A DNA stretch of 64,000 nucleotides from Octopus vulgaris (taxonomy: Eukaryota): NCBI GenBank assembly GCA_951406725.2, contig OX597834.1, positions 10,168,001-10,232,000 of the forward strand. Reading direction: 5' to 3'. Positions 40,197 to 54,680 of the stretch are shown here, in pieces (position 1 is the first letter of the stretch; each line of letters begins with the position of its first letter). The notes under the pieces are model-generated. The model made no database searches and was not told where the DNA came from. It saw only the letters and a list, made by a program, of their open reading frames with translations. The translations under genes and the position numbers were made by a program.

Positions 40197-40544
40197 AACA
40201 AAAACATATATATATATGCAGGTATAGATGTATACGCAAAATGGTGGTGTACAGTAACAACTCCAAATCGTTCTTAGAGGATACGCGCATCAGTCGAGTC
40301 TGGACCGGCTAGTATATACTAGCATTGAGTCGTATAAGTTGTGATAATGAAGTCAAACCAAAAAGTGGTATTATGAAATCTGTTGATATGCACTTTTGAG
40401 TTCAGCGTAATATATGATCGGAAATGTAAGCATTACATAAGAACTTCCTTCAGAATATGAAACACTAGGTAGAAATATTTCTATATACATGGTCTGATCA
40501 GAAATCTAGCTTCTAATTAGGAGGAATAATGCGTAAAGAGAGGG

Positions 40545-40766
40545 ACATACATATATATATACATACATACATATATATATACATACATACATATATATAT
40601 ACATACATATATATATATATACATACATATATATATATGTATATACATACATATATATATATATATACATACATATATATATATATATACATATATATAC
40701 ATATATATATATATACATACATACATATATATATATATATACATACATATATATATATATACATAC

Positions 40767-40797
<31 letters not shown>

Positions 40798-40798
40798 C

Positions 40799-40843
<45 letters not shown>

Positions 40844-41244
40844 CATATATATATATACATACATATATATACATATACATACATATATATATATACATAC
40901 ATATATATATATACATACATATATATATACATACATATATATATATATATACATACATATATATATATACATATATATATATACATACATATATATATAT
41001 ACATCACATATATATACATACATATATATATATACATACATATATATATATACATACATATATATATATATACATACATATATATATACATACATATATA
41101 TATACATACATACATATATACATATACATACATACATATATATATACATATATATATACATATATATATATACATATATATATACATACATATATATAAC
41201 ATATATATATACATATATATATATATACATACATATATATATAT

Positions 41245-41283
<39 letters not shown>

Positions 41284-41292
41284 TATATATAC
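40545..41292. repeat. (TA)n/(TACA)n microsatellite
   Basis: Directly visible. Confidence 0.95.
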
Positions 41293-41361
41293 CTAGAGGT
41301 TATTGGAATATCCTTCAAAAATGAATCCCAAAATAGCGGTTCTATCTTACCTGTAAATTCC

Positions 41362-41468
41362 ATAACTTACGAAATTGAGATATTACACTCAATAAACGTA
41401 ATTTATCAATATATTAATTATAATAATAATAATATTAGAGAATAAATCCAAACTTACAGGGATATATC

Positions 41469-41500
<32 letters not shown>

Positions 41501-41600
41501 ACTTACGAAATTGAGATATTACACTCAATAAACGTAATTTATCAATATATTAATTATAATAATAATAATATTAGAGAATAAATCCAAACTTACAGGGATA

Positions 41601-41602
<2 letters not shown>
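41362..41602 (+). repeat. Direct duplication of a ~105-bp unit separated by (TA)n
   Basis: ataacttacgaaattgagatattacactc...aataaatccaaacttacagggata at about 41362-41466 and 41498-41602. Confidence 0.85.
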
Positions 41603-41654
<52 letters not shown>

Positions 41655-41703
41655 AATAAATGAAAGAATGGAGTTGAACGACGATTTAACAAAATTCCTT
41701 TAT

Positions 41704-41782
41704 TCTCGACATATGTTTCGAAGATTGCATATTGCTAATTTCGAAGGAATAAGGGGTGCATTATGCCGCCTTATCAGGAAAG
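41704..41782 (-). ncRNA. Degenerate hammerhead motif in a Penelope-like remnant (about 41650-41830)
   Basis: Minus strand cuuuc-CUGAUAA-(long stem II)-GAAA-CAUAUG-UC-gagaauaaa: palindromic stem III and GUC triplet, but G8 is changed to A. Confidence 0.5.
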
Positions 41783-42467
41783 ACAAGGAACTTATGTCAG
41801 CATCATGATGAACAAAAACTTTTAGATGACTGCCCACACGGAGTCCATAGTGATAATGAGTGTTTCTTTAAAATATTCCGTTATAAGCAGTGACGTCAAA
41901 AATGGTTGAATGGAGAAGATTCTAGAGAGTTCAAGAGTTCAAACAAGGTTGGAAGGGGAGAGATCTAAGAATAAGAAGGTGACAGGGTGCAAGTCGTATG
42001 GATGGCGATGTGTTGTTGTTTGCTTTTGTTAATGAGATTGAGTACCTATGTGTGTGTATGTATATAACTGCATTCGTGTCTATGTGTGTGTGTATGTGTG
42101 TGCGTGATTGTGTGTGTGGGTGGGTAGATGCCACTTATTCGTATTTCACAAAACGTTAGAGAATGAAAGACAGGGAGACAATTATATGTAAAGAAATAAT
42201 AAAGGCAAAACGAAATATTTTGCTGGAGTTTTGAAGGAAGCCAAGCAACAATTTTGAATGAAGTTACACACAATAAAAACCAGTTCGCTATCTGAAAACA
42301 AGCCATAAATTCTACCGATTGTGATAGGAATTTCCTAAATCTCAAATAAGCGGTTGCTACAATGTACGGTTACTAAATTAGAAAGCCCGGAATGATTTAA
42401 AAGAAGTAATTGGTAAGATAGGAAATTGATATACGAAAAAGTATTACAAGTGAACAATTATGGGTCA

Positions 42468-43270
<803 letters not shown>

Positions 43271-43302
43271 GTCATTATGATCATCATTCTTATTATTTGT
43301 AA

Positions 43303-43338
<36 letters not shown>

Positions 43339-43824
43339 CAGCAGCAACAGCGGTGGTGGTGGTAGTAGTAGTAGTAGTGGTGCTGGTAGTAGTAGTGGCA
43401 GTAGCAGTAGAACCTAATTCTCATTAATATGGATGAATGAATACACGTGCTGCGCCGGAGATTCCTGACGGTAACTTCGTCATAAGAACGAGGCCATTAT
43501 GGAATTCCATTAGACCGTAAACGATACTTTTGTATTAAATAATGCGATATTGACTAATCCGCCAGCTGAGGCCTTCTTAAGAGTACTCGCCTTCATCACG
43601 TTCTTCCCTGCAGCGCGACACAAAATCCGTTTCTATAAAATTTATTAAAAATGGGAACGTATTTCTTCAGATAGATTCCCATACTACACTATACGTACTG
43701 CATAAATAATAAATAAAATTTCACATGCCGCATGGGCAGATGAGTCGGAGTCATTCATGCATGCTCCGTACGGAGAAACTTTAAAAAGATGCTGTTCGCA
43801 AAAGGCATCAGTATACACTTTTTT

Positions 43825-44029
43825 TTTACTCTTTTAATTGTTTCAGTCATTTGACTGCGGCCATGTTGGAGTACCGCCTTTAGTCGAGCATATCGACCCC
43901 TCAGGACTTATTCTTTGTAAGCCTAGTGCTTATACTATCGGTCTGTTTTGCCGAACAGCTAAGTTACGGGAATCTAAACACACACTCCAGCATTGGTTGT
44001 CGGGGTGACAAACACAGACAAATAAACAT

Positions 44030-44114
<85 letters not shown>

Positions 44115-44283
44115 CACATATATACGACGGGCTTCTTTCAGTTTCCGTCTACCAAATCCACTCACAAGGCTTTGGTCAGCCCGAGGCTATAGTAGAAGAC
44201 ACTTGCCAAAGGTGCCACGCAGTGGGAACTGAACCCGGAACCATGTGGTTGGTAAGCAAGGTACTTACCACACAACCACTCCT
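43825..44283 (-). mobile_element. SINE family A, full length
   Basis: Consensus match. Confidence 0.9.
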
Positions 44284-44679
44284 TCACCTGTGTTGTTTCT
44301 TTTTAAAATACTGTATTGCACGGTAAAAAAAAACAAAAAAACAATTACGCATTATCACACAGACATCTTGATGATGTCAAACAGGAATATATCAACAAAT
44401 AAAACGATACGGAGAAAGCGACAAAAAACAAATGTAAATGAATAAAGAGAAAATTAACATAAGCTATACATTTAGTATTTGTCGTCAGTAACTAAATAAT
44501 AATTTAGTTTATATCAGTTTATTATGTTATTTTGAACAGATGGGCAGCCGATCAAGAGAGTGTCTGGGAAAATCTCATGTACTTGTCACAATAACAAACA
44601 TAATTATACTTTAAGAGAATGCCTCTCGTCTAGTCTGAATAATATCCAGGAGTGACGATTTACATGATTCTACAACATA

Positions 44680-45071
44680 TACTCTCTCTTTTTACTCTTT
44701 TACTTGTTTCAGTCATTTGACTGCGGCCATGCTGGAGCACCGCCTTTAGTCGAGAAAATCGACCCCGGGACTTATTCTTTTGTAAGCCCAGTACTTATTC
44801 TATCGGTCTCTTTTGCCGAACCGCTATGTTACGGGGACGTAAACACACCAGCATCGGTTGTCAAGCAATGCTAGAGGGACAAACACAGACACACACACAC
44901 ACGCATATATATATACATATATACGACAGGCTTCTCTCAGTTTCCGTCTACCAAATCCACTCACAAGGCTTTGGTCGGCCCGAGGCTATAGTAGAAGACA
45001 CTTGCCCAAGGTGCCACGCAGTGGGACTGAACCCGGAACCATGTGATTGGTAAACAAGCTACTTACCACAC
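44680..45071 (-). mobile_element. SINE family A
   Basis: Consensus match; lacks the first ~15 nt of the head. Confidence 0.9.
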
Positions 45072-45487
45072 GGATGCGAGACCTGGACACTAAAGAGAGC
45101 TGACCAGAAGAGAACTAATGCATTCGAGCTTTGGTGTTGGAGAATACTTTTGTGGATTCCATGGACAGCGAGGCTCACCAATGGAGAAGTTCTTAAGCAG
45201 ATCAGGCCGAAAATGTCGCTAGAAGCTAGGATCACCAAGCATAGATTGGCATATTTCGGTGATATTATGCGGAGAAAATACCTGGAGAAGGACGCCATGC
45301 TCGGAATGGTCAGTGGCAAGAGAGGAAGAGGCCAACCAAGAACCTGCTGGCTTGACACTATCAAGAGGGATACCGGAATGGACATAGCCAATCTGAACGA
45401 AGCGGCCCAGGATAGAACTGACTGGAGGACACTGATCCAACGAGTGACCGAGAGTCGACTTCGACTGAGCGGATAGAGAGAGAGAGA
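45072..45487 (+). mobile_element. RTE/BovB-type LINE 3' fragment with a (GA)n tail
   Basis: Open frame GCETWTLKRADQKRTNAFELWCWRILLWIPWTAR...YFGDIMRR..LEKDAMLGMVSGKRGRGQPR.CWLD...DR..WR...VTESRLRLSG*, matching the BovB-type GCESWT.K....RI.AFELWCWRR.LR.PWTAR motif. Confidence 0.9.
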
Positions 45488-45641
45488 AGTAGCTGTGTGG
45501 TAAGCAGCTTGCTTACAAACCACATGGTTCCGTTTTCCGTCCCACTGCGTGTCACCTTGGGCAAGTGTCTTCTACTATAGCCTCGGGCCGACCAAAGCCT
45601 TGTGACAGGATTTGGTGGACGGAAACTGAAAGAAGCCTGTC

Positions 45642-45688
<47 letters not shown>

Positions 45689-45925
45689 TGTGTGAGGGTG
45701 TGCGTTTGTGTGCCCCCCCCCCCCCAACATCGCTTGACAACCGATGCTGGTGTGTTTGCGTCTAAGTAACTTAGCGGTTCCGCAAAAGAGACCGATAGAA
45801 TAAGTACTAGGCTTACAAAGAATAAGTCCTGGGGGTCGACTTTCTTGTCTAAAAGGCGGTGCTCCAGCATGGCCACAGTCAAATGACTGAAACAAGTAAA
45901 AGAGATAAAAAGAGTAAAAGAGTAG
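45488..45925 (+). mobile_element. SINE family A
   Basis: Consensus match. Confidence 0.9.
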
Positions 45926-46975
45926 ATAGACGATGAGATATTTTCCGACGGTGATCATTCACATCTTATATTGTGAAACAGTTTTCTTGTCGTATCTAAT
46001 CCAAATCGTACTTCAGTTTTTGAGAGGACCGAGCATCATTTCAGTGGAAATGATATCGCTACTGCTTATTTCAAAGAGAGTTAGCATGTGATGGCTTTCA
46101 TTCTGGCTCTGATATGCGGTTGAGACAATCGACGAAACACTTTCGGCACGTGAATGTAATACTATCACAAGATGGGCATTGCTGTAAATAAGTGCTTAAA
46201 ATCCCAGAGGCAACAGGAAAACTTGCAATAAAATAAATCTCTGAAAAGGTTTCAATCCTTAATTAAAACTATTCACCTCAATTTAACTACTTTTGCTCTG
46301 GGCATAGTTTTGAACAAGAAAAATGACCGTTTACGTTCGTATGATAACAAAATAAATTGCATCTGCTGGAAATTACGCAGTATTATCAGTAAGTAAATGA
46401 ATATATATTATACTACCGATGAGCAGCATCGGAAAATGATATTTATGAAAATGACCGCAAACTAAAATGAAATAATTTGCTGTGAGAAAGAGAAGTCTCA
46501 GATAGGGTGTATAACCCTTGTGAACTCGAAGAAACAGAATGAAAATTATCGGGAAGATGAGGAAAGTATGCGCTTTTATGACATTTCACACGGCTTTTCA
46601 CCTCTCTTATGGAGATACATCGCGTTCTGATAGATATTCAGAATGACATATATCAAGTCTCTACAGCAATTATATTTTGAAGTGTATCAAAATATAATGA
46701 TAGCGTCGTTCAAAGGGGAAAACGTATACAGCATTGAGAAGGGTTAATGTTAGTAATATCGACGGGTGACAAAATATATATACCGAGGTACACATAACTG
46801 TGAATAAAACAAAGTAAGGGAAACAATATGAGAGCACCAAACATGAAACCAAAAGGGAAACAATATGAGAACACCAAATACTAAATATATAATCTTAGGC
46901 GTAGAATATACGTGATATATATATATATGAACACACAAAATCACATATACTTATGGATATGCATATATATATATA

Positions 46976-47359
46976 TCGTTTGCCACTACACACTTTTTTT
47001 TCTCTCCTTGTTTTTTCTGTGTCCCCTTCTGTAGAAGAGCATAGGCTCGAAACGTAAAATACTTTTTCTATTCCTGAGAGTTATATTAATACATATGTTT
47101 GTTTTGTACACCACCTGTCTTCGTCTTTTGTTTTTTTCGTAAACTCTCCCTATGTATATGTGTGTGTATGTGTGTATATATATATATATATTTTCCTCTG
47201 TCTTCCCTTCTCGGGATCTTTCCTTCTCCTATGTTTCCGACGAAGAGCTCCGCTCGAAACGTTAAACCTTCCCTTCTTTCCTGAGCGTCCAATAATACTA
47301 TATTTGTTCCACGTCCTCGCGTTGTTGAGTTTTTTTTGTGTTTTCTTGTTTGGATTAAC

Positions 47360-47360
<1 letters not shown>
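46976..47360 (+). mobile_element. Adjacent Penelope-like remnants D1 (46976-47150) and D2 (about 47190-47360)
   Basis: Hammerhead-like motifs at 47025-47060 (CTGTAGA...GAAACGTA) and 47233-47267 (gttt-CCGACGA...GAAACGTT-aaac); each remnant ends in a TA-rich tract. Confidence 0.6.
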
Positions 47361-47392
<32 letters not shown>

Positions 47393-48310
47393 GCTTCCGG
47401 GGCGAATGCAGTCTAAGAGTAACCGAGTTAGTAAATGTTTTTATCTTCATTTCACTAAATTTATCTAGCTTCTGTGTTTCAAGCACATATTTCGCCTTAA
47501 TGTACTGATATATGAAAAATATATGGCTTGTGCTAGAAATACCAGCGATATTTTATCGCAATTTGACTTGTTTATATATATATATATATGTATATATATG
47601 CTTCCGGGGCGAATGGTTTTGTTATACGGTGCCGAGTTTTACAATCCTATAAATAATAATAATATTCATATAAGCTTAAAGCTTATAGCGATCGCCGTAC
47701 AGTGATTAAAGAAATAATCACAGTCTAATAGTGGAGCATATAAGTTCTCGACAGAAAAATGTAGGCTTTTCCATCGGCTTGTGATTCGAACCCAGATCCC
47801 TTTGTTAACGCGACAAAGTGTGTTACCATTACACCAGCAAATTATAAATAAACACAAATACACACACACACATACATACATACAGGTGCAGTCGTGTGGT
47901 AAATGTTTGTTTTCCAACCTCATTGCTTCAGGTTTAGTTCCACTGCCTGTGATCTTCTGCAATTGTTTTCTAATAGAAAATCCGGCTGACCTAAGACGTT
48001 TGAGTGAATTTTATATTTTATTCTTCGTCCCCCAGCAACGTTTGAAAATCGGCGTTGGTGTGTTTTTGTCCCGTTATTTAGTGCTAGAATAGGTACCATG
48101 CTAAATAAAAGTAAGTACCCGTGTCGAATCATTCGACTAAATTTCTTCAAAGCAATGCCCCAGCGTGGCCGCAGTCTAATGCCTGAATGAAGAAAACCTA
48201 TATAATATATATATATATATATATATAGATATAGATAGGGAGAGGGGAGAGGAGAGAGAGACAGACAGAGCCATGTATTTTGGATAAACCAAACTATCCA
48301 TTTATGTTTA

Positions 48311-48701
48311 TCTCTCTATATATAAACGGCAAAATGTCTGTGTGTATCCTTTGTACAAATCCACAATTTTTCAGTTAGAGGGCTCGCACTTTCTATGTTC
48401 ATTCAAAACCGTCCAAGGGTGGTCGTGCATATCTTTACATATCCCCAGTCAACCCGCAAAGCCATTAAAAAAATCAATAGAAGTGATTTCCTTTTACGGT
48501 TTTCAGATTGTACTTTGGGCTATCATCTGAGTAAAACCCACCAATCTATATCTATCTTCCCTTCTACCTTAACCCAATCAAAATGCCCGAAACTCCAGCT
48601 AGCTCGGAATTTGGACAGTACTCGCGTGTATGTGCGCACGCACGCAGCTGTATATGCATGCACTAGCACTATGACCCGGCGTTGCCCGGTTATAGAGCTA
48701 G
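48311..48701 (+). mobile_element. Non-autonomous Helitron
   Basis: A|TC 5' end (tctctctatatataaa), subterminal GC hairpin acccggcgttgcccggt, CTAG|T 3' end, no TSD. Confidence 0.75.
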
Positions 48702-49040
48702 TATATATATACATATATATATATACATATATATATACACATATATACATATATATATACATATATATATACACATATATACATATATATATACACATAT
48801 ATACATATATATATACACATATATACATATATATATACACATATATATATACCCGCACATATATATATACACATATATATATACACATATATATATACAC
48901 ATATATACATACATATATATATATCACATATATACACATATATATATACACATATATATATACACATATACATATATGAATACATATACATATACATATA
49001 TATACATATATATATACATATATATACATATACATATACA

Positions 49041-49072
<32 letters not shown>

Positions 49073-49211
49073 CATATATATATACATATATATATACATA
49101 TATATATACATATATATATACATATATATACATATATATACATATATATATACATATATATACATATATATACATATATACATATATATACATATATATA
49201 TATATATATAC

Positions 49212-49244
<33 letters not shown>

Positions 49245-49245
49245 G
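48702..49245. repeat. (TA)/(CA) compound microsatellite
   Basis: Directly visible. Confidence 0.95.
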
Positions 49246-49277
49246 GCTAAACTGGCAATATGACCATTCCGAAATAT

Positions 49278-49354
<77 letters not shown>

Positions 49355-50018
49355 AAGAGACAGACAGACAGACAGAGCCATGTATTTTGGATAAACCAAA
49401 CTATCCATGTATGTTTATAAATAATAAAATACTATATAATAGTTAAATAATTAACCGCAGCATGTGTACAGTATTAATATAAAAATGGAAGAATTTCAGA
49501 GAAGCTGTTTCCATTATCTTACTGAATATGTTTACAGAGTTAAAAGAAAAAAGCAGATTTGTGTTCTTTGTGTTATATAGAAAATGTTCGTACAACAGAA
49601 GTCAGAGTTACTATACAAATAATTAAGAATTAATAAAACATGAACGAAAGATAAATAAAAGAAAAGAGAAGAGAAAATTAACGAATTTATTCGAGTGGTA
49701 TTAATCTCAATGTCAAATTAATTTTAAGCTGCAATTCTAGACTAGAACAACTGAAACATCATAATTAATACACTATTGTTAATTATTTCAAATCTATAAA
49801 ATATAAAATCAATGCCAATTTCTATACCTCGATATTTTCGATTATTATCCGTCAACTGTTCTAAATTTATTCAGTGAAGCTCAAATTTCGACTGAACCGT
49901 TACAAATATCAGTGAAACGGGAATCACCATGTTAACGCTGGTCATAGAAACCAAATTAATACTTAAATTTATTTTTAATTTGGTAACGCTTTTCGCATTT
50001 AAAGGCACCCATTTCATA

Positions 50019-50406
50019 GGCGTAGGAGTGGCTGTGTAGTATGTAGCTTGCTAACCAACCACATGGTTCCGGGTTCAGACCCACAGCGTGGCAGCTTGGG
50101 CAAGTGTCTTCTGCTATAGCCTCAGGCCGACCTAAGCCTTGTGAGTGGATTTGGTAGACGGAAACTGAAAGAAGCCTGTCGTATATATGTATGTATGTAT
50201 GTGTGTGTGTTTGTACCTCTAGCATTGCTTGACAACCGATGCTGATGTGTTTACGTCCCCGTCACTTAGCAGTTCGGCAAAAGAGACCAATAGAATAAGT
50301 ACTAGGCTTACAAAGAATAAGTCCCGGGGTCGATTTGCTCGACTAAAGGCGGTGCTCCAGCTTGGCCGCTGTCAAATGACTGAAACAAGTAAAAGAGAAA
50401 AGAGTA
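50019..50406 (+). mobile_element. SINE family A, full length
   Basis: Consensus match; a diverged copy follows at about 50618-51010. Confidence 0.9.
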
Positions 50407-50440
50407 ATTTCTGTTTTTGTAAGAAAATCCAGGACTCAAC

Positions 50441-51890
50441 ATAAACATATCTAACTGTATATTTATCCATATATTACAGCAGACACACATAGAAACACGC
50501 ACTTATTATGTGATAAATTATTACTGACTTACGAGATCGGAACATTCAATTTGCAGTAGATACCAATAATGTGATATGACAAGTTTATATTTTTTTAAGA
50601 AAGTTAAGAGATTGACTCTTTGGTAAAAAGCTTGCTTCCCAACGAAATGGTTTGGGGTTTAATCCCAGTGCGTGGCAGCTTAGGCAAGTGTTTTGTACTA
50701 TATAGCTTAAGGCTGGCTCACACTTTGTGAGTGGATTTTGGTGACAGAAACTGAGAGGAGCCCGTTGTATACATCTGTCTGTGACCTTGTGTCTGTGTTA
50801 GACACCACCACCCACACCACCACCGCTTGATAACTGGTGCCTGTGTGTTTACTTATCCGTAACTTAGAGATTCGGCAAAACAGCTCGATAGAATAAGTAC
50901 CAGTCTCTAATAAAACTGTAAGTACTGGAGTCGACACATTCGACTAAATATTACTCAAGGTGGTGCTCCAGTATGGTCGCAGTTTAATGAGTGAAACAAG
51001 TAGAAGGTAAAAAGAAAGGAAAAGGCAGAAGAGAAGATAGGTGTTTTTTTTTTCTGAGATGATAACCTAAATCTGAAAACGTAAAAGGAATTGATTCGAT
51101 AAACAACTAGACAAATCGAAAATACAGTCTCAGTATTTTCACGGAAATGACCGTCGACGTATTTACACAGACATAAACGGACAGTTAAAAACACACACAT
51201 AAACACACGCGCGCATGCAAAACCCTGGACGTATATTCTTTTACAACAAGACCCGAAAATTTTGGGGAGCGGGCTTCTTAGATCGATCCCAGTAATTTAT
51301 CGACTCGATCTTGACAAAGGAAATCAGAGCCCGAGGGGCAAAACAATGACAGACAAACAGATTAAGTCGAATTATATCGATCCCAGTGCGTAATTACTTC
51401 TTTAATCGACCCCGAAAGGATGAAAGGCAAAGTCGACCACGGCAGAATTTGAACTCAGAACCTAAAAACAGACGAAATACCTATTTCTTTACTACCCACA
51501 CTGGTGGCCAAACACAGAGAGGAAAACAATGACAAACAAACAGATTAAGTCAAGTTATATCGGTCCCAGTGCGTACATGGTACTTCTTTAATCGACCCCG
51601 AAAAATATTCGGCGGAATTTGAACTCAGAACATAGCGTCAGACAAAATCGACCTCGGTGTGCTAATTTCTTAACTCCTAGAACGGACAAACAAGGATAGA
51701 CAAGGACAGTCAAATGGATTGAGTCGATTATATCGACCCCAGTGCGTAACTGGTACTTAATTAATCGACCGCGAAAGGATGAAAGGCAAAGTCGACCTCG
51801 ACTCAGAACGTAACGGCAGACGAAATATACGGCTACGCATTTCGCTCGGTGTGCTAACGATTCTGCCAGCTCGCCGCCTTTAGACGTATG

Positions 51891-51929
<39 letters not shown>

Positions 51930-52269
51930 TAATAGATATTAAAAGTTAATTTTGGTATCGATATACAAACATTATATCCTATAAACTTTTCATTCGTAAT
52001 TATTATTACTTTTTGCTGTAATTGCCATAGTAAGGCAACGTAATATATTCATCTAGATTTCGAAAATTATTTTCTTTCAATTTTTAAGAAAAAAAAACCA
52101 ACAGTTTCTACACCAATTTAGATGTCTGACTCTGAGATGCTAAAACTGAGCTATTTCCTCTTAACTCCACAATGACTCTTAAAATAATAATAGAAATTGT
52201 TTTTAGAATATCAAAATTATAGAGAAAATAAATCAAATAAGAGATTGCGTATTATTCAAAATTGGGGAA

Positions 52270-52307
<38 letters not shown>

Positions 52308-52585
52308 ACATGATGAGAAGGGGGGGTATATATGGAAAGAAAGGAAAAATAATGAACAGAAGATTACTGTAATAGAAAGCTCCTTTTTTTCTTCTTTGCC
52401 TTTCTCTTTCGATTGAACTCAGTAAACAATTACGTAAAGCTTATTGGGATCTTCTGTAAATTGAATGTTCCGATCTCGTAAGTCAGTAATAATTTATCAC
52501 ATAATAAGTGCGTGTTTGTACGTGTGTGAGTGTGTGTGCGTGTGTACTGTAATATATAGATAGATAAATAGATGGATATGTTTAT
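50441..52585. repeat. Long-range inverted repeat, arms about 50441-50569 and 52441-52585, with a perfect 60-bp core
   Basis: 50493-50552 is the exact reverse complement of 52458-52517. Confidence 0.9.
51240..51880 (-). mobile_element. Tandem array of SINE family B (3-4 units)
   Basis: A single head at about 51880 followed by repeated bodies on the minus strand. Confidence 0.85.
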
Positions 52586-52961
52586 ACATTCACATAGGCA
52601 CGTGTGCATGTATATATGCGTTCATATTTGTATATGAATGCAGATATATATATATATATATATATATTTATGTACGTACGTATTTACGTATGTATATATA
52701 TTTATGTATATATATGCATATTTATTTATGTATGCTTATATATTTATGCATGTATATGCGTATATATATAGAGTATATATATATGTGTGTGTGTATATAT
52801 ATATATATATGTGTGTGCGTGTATATATATATATATGTGTGTGTGTGTCTATACATATATGCACATACCCAAACACTTATACATATATATTCAACATTTA
52901 CGTATACATATGGACATAAATGCATTACATATATATGTATATATATATAATTGTATATCAC

Positions 52962-52992
<31 letters not shown>

Positions 52993-53004
52993 ATTGTATA
53001 TCAC

Positions 53005-53034
<30 letters not shown>

Positions 53035-53035
<1 letters not shown>

Positions 53036-53057
53036 ATATGTTATGATATAATGTATA

Positions 53058-53093
<36 letters not shown>

Positions 53094-53301
53094 ATGTTAT
53101 GATATAATGTATATTCATATATATATATATATGATATGTTATGATATAATGTATATTCATATATATATATATATATATATATGATATGTTATGATATAAT
53201 GTATATTCATATATATATATATATATATATGATATGTTATGATATAATGTATATTCATATATATATATATATATATATGATATGTTATGATATAATGTAT
53301 A

Positions 53302-53343
<42 letters not shown>

Positions 53344-53460
53344 ATGTTATGATATAATGTGTATTCATATATATATATATATATACCCAAATATGTTATG
53401 ATATAATGTATATTCATATATATATATATATATGTGCATAAATGCATTATGATATATATG

Positions 53461-53493
<33 letters not shown>

Positions 53494-53525
53494 GATATGT
53501 TATGATATAATGTATATTCATATAT
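53035..53525. repeat. Minisatellite, about 9 units of atgatatgttatgatataatgtatattc(at)n
   Basis: Directly visible. Confidence 0.92.
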
Positions 53526-53542
53526 ATATATATATATATATA

Positions 53543-53574
<32 letters not shown>

Positions 53575-54292
53575 CGCACATGTATATCTCAATCTATTTA
53601 TCTATTAACCCCTCTATGAATATTTATATATAAGCTTATTTGTTTGTTAGAAATTTTGTGCGTTTGTGTGTATGTATATATGTTCGTGTGTATGTGGCGC
53701 ATGCGTGTACGTGGCCGTATGTAATGCCGTTTTGCAATTATATATATAACGATAGTATTCATATATTCATAAATATTAGAAATGAATACTATTGATTTTC
53801 ATTTGGTTTTTGAAATAGTATACGACGTTACATTGCCTACGAGTTATAGACTTACCAAACGATATAAAGTGCGCTTCGCTCAAACATTAATGCAGTTTAT
53901 ATTGCATTTAACTCATCGACAAATTATGAATATTATCCGTCTCCGCCACATTGTACGAGATATAGATATTAGTGGTCATCTAGCTATCAGAGAGTATGAT
54001 TGTATGACTAAATATGGCTCCACAGGAAAACTATTATTTCGACTACTCTTCATAACATGAAGAATATCGTACGCTTTTTTTTCCCCTCCATTTATATATT
54101 GCAAAAATATCTATACAGATTACGAGTAACTCGATATGAAATTAGTTTCTAAACATTTTGCATGCATACATACGTGCATACAAACATCAAGGCGGTGTAT
54201 GGGTTGTGATATTAGAAAGCTTTATAGAGTGCCTTGCAGCAGTCTTCGCTTCTTTCTGCGCACTAAGTTCAGATACCAGCTATGTCAAATCT

Positions 54293-54680
54293 GTGGAGGC
54301 GCAATGGCCCAGTGGTTAGGGCAGCGGACCCGTGGTCGTAGGATCGCGGTTTCGATTCCCAGACCGAGCGTTGTGAGTGTTTATTGAGCGAATACACCTA
54401 AAGCTTCACGAGGCACTGGCAGGGGATGGTGGTGATCCCTGCTGTACTCTTTCACCACAACTTTCTCTCACTCTTACTTCCTGTTTCTGTGGTACCTGTA
54501 TTTCAATGGGTCGGCCTTGTCACACTCTGTGTCACGCTGAATATCCCCGAGAACTACGTTAAGGGTACACGTGTCTGTGGAGTGCTCAGCCACTTACACG
54601 TTAATTTCACGAGCAGGCTGTTTCGTTTGATCGGATCAACCGGAACCCTCGTCGTCGTGACCGACGGAGTGCTTCCATCC
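54293..54680 (+). mobile_element. SINE family C, full length, 11-bp TSD
   Basis: TSD atgtcaaatct at 54282-54292 and 54681-54691. Confidence 0.9.

Noticed and set aside
46020-46290. Possible mariner transposase C-terminal remnant
   Set aside because: Only scattered residues match across frameshifts and no TIR was identified.
53035-53525. Repeat-spacer appearance resembling a CRISPR array
   Set aside because: The spacers are only variable-length (TA)n, the context is eukaryotic and there are no cas genes.
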